Of a stretch of DNA of 64,000 bases, positions 54,095-64,000 are shown in pieces (the stretch's first letter is position 1; every line of letters starts with the position of its first letter). The position numbers and the translations under genes were made by a program. Under the pieces are notes generated by a model. It was not told where the DNA came from. It did not search any database and saw only the letters and a program-made list of their open reading frames with translations. The DNA comes from Eledone cirrhosa (lineage: Eukaryota), in the NCBI GenBank assembly GCA_964016885.1, contig OZ024743.1:351354001-351418000 (forward strand), read 5' to 3'.

Positions 54095-54955
54095 AAACGG
54101 CTGTGTTCATACCTGGAGAGTTCGTGACTTCGTTTCCCGGTCACACGTTATGTCTTTAAGCATGGTATTTTATTTCACGTTGCTTCAGTTCACTCAGCTG
54201 GCAAAAATGAGTTGTACCTGTAAATCAAAGGGCCAGACATGTCACACACTGTGTCATATTGAATCTCCCTGAGAACTGCGTTAAAGTTCTCGCCATAGAA
54301 GTTGAAGACAGAGGCTTTGTGGGTAAATCTGCCTATAATCTCATGAAACAACTCTCAATCTCTGGGAAGACAAAGACCAAAGCCCTTAAGGCAATATCCG
54401 AAGTAGCGGAAAGGAGTTCCAGCTAGATCTCGTCGAGGAGGAATAAAAACGACCTCCATACTATGTGATAGGTATCGAGTTTGTATTTTAACGCACTCCG
54501 AGTGAAGTAATTCTGAGTCACTCAGCGACAGTACTGGCGACAGTATGTTGATGTCTCACCGCTACCATGACTATTTATTTTCAAATTCAAGAAAGCGTTT
54601 AAATATAAGTTTGAAAGCAGAGGCAACATAAAGTAGTTACAGCTAGATCCTGTCAACAAAATCCCCATACGGTTTAAATACACAGCAAGTTTCCGATTTC
54701 CAAATGGCTAAATATCAGCAGAAGAGCACCCAGGAGTTATGACCTGGAGTGTAAGAAGTTAAGGGCCAAAACACTCGCTTGAGGAAGGGGGTTCTTTTCT
54801 GAATACCTTCTGCTGTCGGGCTCTCCTGAGAAATATCTTACCACAGAGTACATGTCTGTGGAATGCTCAGACACTTACACGTTAATTTTATGAGCAGGTT
54901 ATTCGGTTGATCGTTTCAACTGAAACACTTGTCATCAGAACCGCCGGAGGGTCAA
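54095..54955 (+). mobile_element. Second SINE family copy interrupted by an RLE-type (HERO/NeSL-like) LINE 3' fragment (about 54285-54845)
   Basis: LAIEVEDRGFVGKS...AERSS; the SINE 3' half gtctgtggaatgctcag... also occurs at 12540 and about 17095. Confidence 0.55.
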
Positions 54956-55479
54956 CAACAACAATAGACAATAGATATAAATAGATGAATAGATTTAGAT
55001 AATCTATATAAAATGTAAAAATATATTAAATATTTTTAGTATAATCATTAAAACAGTAATACTTTATAGTATTTAGTTTCGTATTTCTCTATTCCTTATA
55101 TACACGAAAGAAATTTGTTTAATGTTTACAAACATCACACTTATTTTAATTCTAGAATTGTATGTTTGGGTCCGTAATTAAAGCTGATCATAATCAACCA
55201 GGCCTCTATAACTTCTCTAAGTCTCTCCCTCTCCTGATATGGGGTTTTGTTCGAATGTCATCAGTATTACGAGTATTGTGTTCTGATTTGAAACACTGCT
55301 TTTCATTCTTCCAGGGTCGATAAGTAAAATGCCATTTAAGCACTGACACGATGTAGTCGATAATACCTTCATAAAATATTGGATGCATTATGCCGAAATT
55401 AGAAAACAATATTGAGCTACTGCTCAATGATTCTGAAACATAATATCATTAAAAAATTGTTAAAATAAAAATAATGATT

Positions 55480-56130
55480 TCTACTATAGGCCAGGAATTT
55501 TGGGACAGGGGAAAATCGACTAAATCGACCCCAGTGCATTACTGGTACTTTATTTTATCGATCTCGTAAGGATGAAAGGCAAGGCTAACCTCGTCGGGAT
55601 TAGAACTCAGGCTGTAAAGGGCCGTAACAATAATGATCTAATAAAATATCCATGATTATTAATAACAAATAAGGGGTTTTCGGATAACAGTATCGGTACC
55701 GCATCGGACAAAGTGCTTTGCAGCGTATAGTTACGATCCTTTACGTTCTGAATTCAAATCCCACCGAGGTTAGCTTTACCCTTCATCCTTACGGAGTAGA
55801 CAAAATAAAGTACCATTAACCCACTGGGTCGATTTACACAACATTCCCCTTCTTCCCTTCAAATTGCTGGCTTTGTGCCAAAAGTAGAAACAATTATTAA
55901 CAACAAATAACGGGCGGTCACATAACAGTATCGGTGGAGCATCAGACAAAATGCTTTGTAGTATTTAGTTACGAGTTTCTACGTTCAGAGTTCAAATCCC
56001 ACCAAAGTCAACTTTGCTTTTCATCCTTCCCGTGTTGATAAAATAAGTACTGGTCAAATACTGGCATTGATTTAATTGACTTTGTCCTCCACCAAATGGA
56101 TGGTCTTGTGCCTAAATTAGAAATTATTAA
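55480..56130. mobile_element. Three SINE copies (one minus, two plus)
   Basis: Main SINE core in both orientations. Confidence 0.85.
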
Positions 56131-57543
56131 CAATAAATAAACAAACAAACACTATTAACACTGTTAAGCCAACATAAACTGTGTATTTACTATGAGACTA
56201 TCATGGACACTGGCATGTCCGAGTGGTTAAGAATTTCACATCGTTTCTGATTTCGATCTACAACGTGGATTTTTGTGAGCGAAAATTAGCAACTGCATGG
56301 GGGCTCGTTACGTAAAACTTTCCTACAGCGCCTTTAGCGAAAGCAATCCTATTGTAAAAATTTTAGCTTCTCCCCGTCTGCGAGTATCTTCCTCTCTTCC
56401 CACAACCAGTCACCGAAGCTTATTAAAAGGTCATAGCACTGCCCTGTCTAAGGAATTACGCAAAACAAAAAATAACTTCTGTTAATTTCCCTCCATGACA
56501 ATCCTTCAATTGCAAATAGTCTCTTGGGAGTTTAGGAATTAAAATAAAATATGTTTTTAATGCCAGAATGAAGAACATTTAGCATGTGAGAGCAGTTAAC
56601 CGGCTCAACCTATATAATTTATTTGCAGAAACAAAACAGAAAATATACAAACATAAGAAGCCATGCCATTTAAAATAAAATGTATATGATATTAGTCAAT
56701 GATATGCACTTACCTTTTTCATAAACAATTTTTACTTGAGTGTTGTATACATATATATATATAGATATATATATATATAGAGAGAGAGAGAGACATAAAG
56801 TCTATGTGAGACTATTAGTAGAATCGGTAGCGCTTCGGCCAAAATACTCGTGGTTCTTAGTTACGGTTCTTTATGTTCTGAGTTGAAATTCCACCGTGTT
56901 TAACTTTGCCTCCAAATCTTCGAGGATCGTACAATAAGTCAAGCATAGGGGTTGATGAAATAAATACCAGTTGAGTACTTTGATTGGTATAATCGCCTGT
57001 TCCACCACACCAAAGGGTGAGTAGAGCTAATCACCCCTTGATGGATACTTCTGTCACCAAAACGTCAAGCAATTGACTGCGTTTTCCTTCCCTATTGCGT
57101 TAAACAGTAAATAGTAGTATTATATATACATTTCTATAAAATATATATTCATGTATATGATATTAGATATATATACATAATCAGTCTGTATATTATATTT
57201 TTTCTTTATTCTGAATTCGATTATATATATGTTATAGGTGTAATGTGTGGTTGTAGAAGAAGAATACACGATAAGATACCAACCAGCAGCATTGGTTGAA
57301 CACAAAATAATTATTTCAGTATTGTTGTTACCTTTAACATAAAGGATTAGGACCAGGAATCGGGGATTTGAGTTAATACGATCTAATTAAAAAATGAAAC
57401 GACTGAACGGCCGAAATATTGAAAAAAAATTAAGCAGATACATAAACATACAAGAACACATACACATATGTGTGTGTGTGTGTGTGTGTTTGTGTGTTTG
57501 TGTGTGTGGGTGTGTGTGGGTGGGTGTATGTGTGTGTGTGTGT

Positions 57544-57608
<65 letters not shown>

Positions 57609-57660
57609 ATAATGCTAAACAATGAAAGAATAAGACAAGGTTCAGTAGTTAATTAATCCA

Positions 57661-59760
57661 TTGTTTTACGTTTCAGAGGGCAAAAAAATGTCGATGGCAA
57701 TTATGCAACTCCATACCATTAACCACGAAAAAGACCATTCATTTTGCAGACTAGCATCAGAAACAATGGATCGGATTTTCGATGGACAATTCTGTTCTGA
57801 TTCTAATGACTACTTTAATATTAAATCACGCAAATACCCACCTAGAGTTAAGGATGTGGCCCACTTCGAATTAGACCTAGTTGACATGATTAATGCCCTA
57901 AATTTCCGTAAGTACAACAACAATTTTCAATCCAAACTCTTTAACGACATTTCTAATTTTAAATGCTCTAAAAATACTTTCGCGTTTTCTGACAAAACCA
58001 AAAATCTTTATGAAGTAAATGACAATTTGTATAACCAACTATTAACAGATAGCATCACTGCTAAATACCAAAAAGCTAACATTAATACTTATAATATCAT
58101 TAATAATGAAGCTAAAGCCCTAGCTAGTACTTTAAAAATTGATAACCGAACTGAAAGCCTAGCCAAAAGTAAAGAATATATTACCCTTAAAGACTATAAA
58201 TTACACTTTACTAATCGACCTAGTTGTAGACTAATTAACCCTGCTAAATCTGAAATTGGTCTTGCGAGTAAAAAAATCCTAAGAAACATAATACTTCAAA
58301 TAAGAAGTAAGACTGACTTATCCCAATGGTTAAATACTTCCTCTGTTATATCCTGGTTTAATAATATATAAGGAAAAAATAAGTGTAGATTTACCCAATT
58401 TGATATTGTTGATTTTTACCCCTCTATCACAGAATCCTTAGACTTTTCATTAATATTTCTAAATTAGAAGAAGGTGTTATCTTACACGCTAGGAAAACAC
58501 TACTTTTCGCTAAAGAAGGTAATTGGGTTAAACAAATCAAGCCCTGAAAACTCTTGTGATGTCTCGATGGGCTCATATGATTTCGCCGATGTGTGCGATT
58601 TAGTAGGATTATTCCTCCTCCACACCCTTAAAGAGAAATTTCCTTGCCATAATATCGGCTTATACCGAGACGATAGTTTAGCTGTTTCTCATACCACCAA
58701 CGGCCATAACCTTGATAAATTCCGTAAAGACTTAATCGATACCTTTGCTAACTTCAACCTAAAAATTACTATAGATACGAATCTTACTAATACCAACTTC
58801 CTCGATATCAATCTTGACCTACTTATTGCCTCTTTTAAACCCTATCATAAACCCAAGGAAAATTTAAGATATATACACAAAGAGTCTCGCCATCCCCCTA
58901 TAGTCTTTAAAAATCTTATTCCTAACATTAGTCGTGGGATCTCTACCTTATCTTCATCTCTAGATATGTTTGATAAAGATGCCCCTTATTATAATAAGGC
59001 CCTCAAAAACAGCGGCTTCACCGAACAAATTAAATATTTACCTACTCCTCTTTCTAACACTAAACACCATAACAGGAAAAGAAAAATTATATGGTTTACC
59101 CTCCTTTCTCTCTAACTGTTAAAACTAACGTAGGAAAAAATTCTTCGAACTCCTAGACAAACATTTTCCCCAAAATCATAGATATAATAAGATATTTAAT
59201 AGAAATTTAGTTAAAATCAGCTACTCTTGCTGCCCATCAATGAAAACCAAAATCACCAACTCAAATGTAACTAGGGGAAATCCAGGATGCAGCTACAGGA
59301 AACCTGAATAATGCCCATTACAGAGCAAATGTAATACCAAATATATTGTATATGAGGCCAAGTTGACACCGATTATTAATAACCAGCTAGCCAGAAGTGA
59401 GCGATATGTTGGCATGACACAGGACAGATTTAAAACCAGGTATTATGCACACGTAGCTTCATTTAAACACCCTGAAAAAAGAACATCAACGGCGCTGGCA
59501 AATAAAGTGTGAGAATTTAAAGACAGAAACATTCCATACTCTATTGATTGGTCAATTTTAGACCCCTCAAGAGAATACCTAAGGAGCACAAAGAAATGTT
59601 TTTGTGTATAACGGAAAAATTTAGAATTCTTCAAAACCTGAAAACCCCTCCCATTTGCCTCAACTCTAAGACCGAGATTTTCAAAAGTTGTCCGCACCTG
59701 AAATCGCATCTCCTTTTTAGCTGGATTAATACATCAACGATTACTCAACCACCCTGAGCT
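57661..59760 (+). mobile_element. Penelope-like retroelement C (GLYRDD-type RT + GIY-YIG), pseudogenised
   Basis: SDKTKNLYE, RLINPAKSEIG, FDIVDFYPSIT, SMGSYD, GLYRDD, HKESRHPP, RKIIWF, YVGMTQDRFKTRY. Confidence 0.93.
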
Positions 59761-60092
59761 TCCTCTTCACCTATTAACCCTTCCACTCACTACCAATATC
59801 ATCACTTTATGAACACTACATCTTACCCAGTTCATTATATAAACACATCCTTTCTACATTTTTCTTCCTCATGTTTATTTATTTATTTCATTTGATTTAT
59901 ACCTACCCCCCCCCCCCCTTTTTTTCTACCATACTTCTAACACATACACATCTACCACCTTCATTCTGTCCTCTACTTTTACCCAGATCACTTCATAACC
60001 ACATACCTTTATCCAGACCTATTTACAAACATTTACTTTCCACCACAATTTATACACCCCTTTTCTCCCTGACCTGTTCATTTCAAATTATA

Positions 60093-60465
60093 CTAGCATA
60101 TTTACCCGGCGTTTGAAATGCAACAAAAAATAAACAAGAAACAAACGATAATATTAGTGATTTATCTTCAAATAAATCTGATGTTTATATTTCTATCAAT
60201 AAAGTTGGTTATCTCCCTTTTTTATAAAGATTGTCAATGAAGTTTGTTATCTCCCTTACATCAATTCTGCTACGGATGATTTTGATATCGATTTTTTATT
60301 GCTCAACGTGGGTCGATTGGAAAAATGTTTGTGATGTGATAATTTAAGCGACATGTGCAACGTGCACAGAAAATTTGGTCGAATTCAGTTGGTAATTGTA
60401 AAAAAAGTAAGTATGCAAAGTTGTACACAGACACACACACATCCTCGCTTTTATACATATAAAGA
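60093..60465 (-). mobile_element. Non-autonomous Helitron, copy 1 (3' hairpin partly deleted)
   Basis: Minus strand A|TC...CTAG|T ends; closely similar to 62707-63087. Confidence 0.75.
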
Positions 60466-60510
60466 TTGTATAAATAATATTACAAATAAAAAAGAAAAAA
60501 CACAGAAGCG

Positions 60511-60946
60511 GGTAGCACACACATCTAGGACCATATACAACACATAAGCAGGTAATACACACATCTAGGACCACATACAACACATAAACAGGTAATACAC
60601 ACATCTAGGACCACATACAACACATAAGGAGATAGCACACACATCTAGGACCACATACAACACACAGGCAGGTAATACATATATTTAGGACCACATACAA
60701 CACATAAGCAGGTAATACAAACATCTAGGACCACATACAACATATAATCAGGTAATACATACATCTAGGACCACATACAACACATAAGGAGGTAATACAC
60801 ACATCTATGACCACATACAACACACAAGCAGGTAATAAATATAGCTGGGACCACATGCAATACATAAGAAGGTAATACATACATCTAGGACTACCTACAA
60901 CACACAGGCAGGTAATACATACATCTAGGACGAAATATAACACACA
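60511..60946. repeat. 40-bp minisatellite, 11 copies
   Basis: Unit ggtaatacacacatctaggaccacatacaacacataagca at an exact 40-bp period. Confidence 0.95.
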
Positions 60947-61993
60947 TTGTATCATGTGCTACGGACGACGCAAGAGCAATGGTCGGCCAACATAAGGGTT
61001 TCGCACTCTTCTGAAGAAAGAAAATCTATCTGTATTTGTTGTTCATTGTGTCATTCATCGACAACACTTGGCTGCGAAGAAATTCAGCAAGCTGCTGAGC
61101 AAGTCCTTGCAGGTGGCCCTTGATGTCATCAATTTTATCAAACAGCATTCCCTCAATGAACGAATTTTCCGGCAACTGTGCCAAGATAATGACGAAGAAT
61201 TCGTCAAGTTGCTCCTTCATAATGAAGTGAGGTGGTTTTCAAAGGGCAAGTGCCTTATTCACTTCTTTGAACTGTTCGACTCTATCATTGAGTTTCTGCG
61301 AGGACGCAACACAGAGCTGTACAAGAAAACACTCAATGTGAGGCAAGACTGCGCCTACCTCTCTAACATCGTCAACAAATGCAATAGCGTCATTTTGGCT
61401 TTGCAGGGGAAGAAGATCACCTTGCTTAAAGCAAGGAATGCTGTGAAAACATTCCTGGCCAAATTGAATGCCATCGAAAGGAATCTTTGTTGACGGGAAT
61501 TCAATCATTTTCCTAGTGTCGCCAATGTTCAAACATTGTAAGCGATGACCAACTCCAAATTTATACCGCTCACCTCCGTGCGCTACAAGACAACATGAGA
61601 GAACGGTTTGTCGACCTTTTGCCGATGGACATCCCAATCTGGGTAGCAGATCCCTTCATAGCTAATGTCGATGATTTGGACGTTATATTTCAGGAAGAAT
61701 TCATTGAACTTCAAGCAGATGACATGATCAAAATTAGATTTCCCCTTTTTTGGATGCAAGAGGAAATTCAGTGTCGATTTCCACACCTACATGTAGAGGC
61801 TAGGAGATTTTCTCTGCCTTTTCCAAGCTCATACTTAATCAAGAGGAGGTTTGGTGCTGTTTCCAGGTTGCACAGTAAGGCTCGCAACCGCTACAATGTA
61901 ATTACACGTGGAGATCTCCGGCTACATCTTACGAAAATCCAGCCTGACGTCAAAGAGTTAGCTAGACTCCATAAAGTTCAAGGGTCCCATTGA
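60945..61993 (+). pseudogene. hAT (Buster/ZBED5-like) transposase C-terminal half, disrupted
   Basis: ATDDARAMVG, HCVIHRQHL, HNEVRWFSKG, PFPSSY...F, RNR, DLRLHLTKIQPD..QGSH; stops and frameshifts. Confidence 0.88.
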
Positions 61994-62706
61994 AATGAGA
62001 TCAAAGTTAAAGTAAGTTGATTTATCCGAAAACTTGGATATGCTATTGTTACAAAGTAAACTAACAATTTTTTTATTTGTAGTTGCAGTCTGACTGGACT
62101 GGAAACCATCTACTACAATTCACTTACTCATTTGTTGTATATATTTTACCATTTACTAATAAATATACCCTCCCGCGTGGTCATGAAAACCCTCTTCCGT
62201 GGTCTCTAAGCTCACAAAGGAGAGGGGACATCAAGTTAGATATCAACATTTATTCTGTCCGTTTCATTAAAGGGAAAATTGGAAAGCTTTTAAATGATAT
62301 AATTGCCACTTTCTTCCAGATAAGAGCACTCTTTGGATAGACAGAGTTGCTATTGTATAAATGTTCAAAATAGTTGGTATCGCCTGGTGGGAATATAAAT
62401 CAAATTCAACTGGTCCTTATTCATAAAAAAAGAACATTTATGTTCCTTTTTTTTGAAATTTATATATTTCCTTTCAAGGAAGGTATTTATACTCTCAGCT
62501 GTGCAGGTGTGCAGGTGTGTGTAGACATTAACCGGCAATTGAGATCCGAACAATGAAAAAAACCCACAGTCAACTGGGTCAACGACACTTCGAGTGTAAC
62601 CCGTTTGAATCTTGTCTTTCCTTCACCGATAACAATGTATTTCATGTCTGAAATTATTGACTCAACCGTAACGAGTTAACACTATGAAGATCTATTTTAT
62701 ACCCTA

Positions 62707-63087
62707 CTAGCAGATTTACCCGGCGTTGGCCGGGGTTTGAAATGCAACAAAAAATAAACAAGAAACAAACGATAATATTAGTGATTTATCTTCAAATGAA
62801 TCTGATGTTTATATTTGTCAATAAAGTTGGTTATCTCCGTTTTTTATAAGGATTGTCAATAAAGTTTGTTATCTCCCTTACATCAATTTTGCTACTGATA
62901 ATTTTGATATCGATTTTTTATTGCTCAACGTGGGTCGATTTGAAAAATGTTTGTGATGTGACAATCTTAGCGACATGTGCAACGTGCACAGAAAATTTGG
63001 TCAAATTCAGTTGGTAATTGTAAAAGCCTTAAGTATGCAAAGTTGTACACAGACACACACACATCCTCGCTTTTATATATATAAAGA
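62707..63087 (-). mobile_element. Non-autonomous Helitron, copy 2
   Basis: Minus strand A|TCTTTATATA...cccggc caac gccggg hairpin...CTAG|T. Confidence 0.8.
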
Positions 63088-63469
63088 TTATTTTATTTTA
63101 GTTATACTCCCCCATGTCCTCACATACCCACCGTGTTTTTAAGTGTACTCACATATGGTTGTATGTGGGCGCATGTGTGTGCGGACATATGAGTACATAC
63201 ATATATATATATGCATATATATATATATATGCATATATTTATATATGTGTGTTGTGTGTGGGGGGGGGGTATCTATGCATAACTCTTTGTGTTTATATAT
63301 ATATATATATATATATATTTATTAAAATAACAGATTAAAGTTTAAGCAAAGAATCGCTGCTTTCACCCTTAACGGGATCTTCTGAAACTAACAAAGTCAA
63401 TCTGTAAACGCAGAAGTGGATATTTCAAAAAACGTTGAAACCGGAGCAAGACAGGAAGACGATACTTTG

Positions 63470-63745
63470 GTTCGTGGAAACGTTCCCTGGCAAAGAACGG
63501 GAAAAAACGAATATAATACGTCATTAATAGGACCGGTGAAAAACAATTACGCGCAAAGACAGAACCACATTTATGGTATAAAAGAGGTCGTAGACTAATG
63601 TTCTCTTAGGTGGTTCATAGAGACGTTCTCTGGCAATGAACGAAAAAAACGAAGATAATACGTCATATGTGGACCGTGGAGAACAATTGCACGCAAAGAC
63701 AAAACCACGTAAATGGTATAGCAGAAGTTGTAGACTAAAATTCTA
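63470..63745. repeat. Diverged ~143-bp tandem duplication
   Basis: 63470-63605 aligns to 63612-63744. Confidence 0.75.
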
Positions 63746-64000
63746 ACTAGGATACCGAATGAATCTCCGCTTCAGAGTTAAGAACAAAGTAAAAAATACA
63801 ATACAGAAGTAATAGAAATTAAATAAATACATACACGCATAGAAATACGTACATACACAAGCATACGCGAAAACACTTACCATAGGTAAATATGTGTGTG
63901 TGTATGCGTGTATACAAATAAATAAATAATTAAATAAACGTATATAAATAAATAAATACGTATATAACTAACGCACACACATACCTACATGTAAATACAC

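Noticed and set aside
60945-61993. Domesticated ZBED-type host gene
   Set aside because: N-terminal half missing, with several stops and frameshifts
63350-63388. Minus-strand CAGAAGA-tccc/gggt-GAAA motif
   Set aside because: Core mutated, with no stem III or NUH triplet

Overview
AT-rich, microsatellite-dense eukaryotic DNA. The SINE families and (TA)n load suggest an octopus or other coleoid genome; this is an inference, not verified. Most listed ORFs are simple-repeat artefacts. The one host gene is an apparently intronless minus-strand class A GPCR locus (about 19.9-22.9 kb) with a very long N-terminal extension. That locus is broken by one frameshift and one in-frame TAG, and carries a frame-preserving 72-bp insertion of a CR1/L2 LINE 3' tail. 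The rest is retroelements: several Penelope-like elements (PLEs; RT and/or GIY-YIG) with inverted pseudo-LTRs embedded in (TA)n tracts, a CR1/L2 LINE, L1/Tx1-like fragments, RTE and RLE-type remnants and many tRNA-derived SINEs. There are also two non-autonomous Helitrons, a hAT transposase relic and minisatellites. The main hidden signal is about a dozen intact or degenerate minimal type I hammerhead ribozyme (HHR) motifs from unrelated repeat families. They include an ORF-less, tandem plus inverted, retrozyme-like element at 40.5-42.2 kb and an element junction that falls at a predicted ribozyme cleavage site. All alignments and folds were done by eye, so repeat boundaries are approximate.
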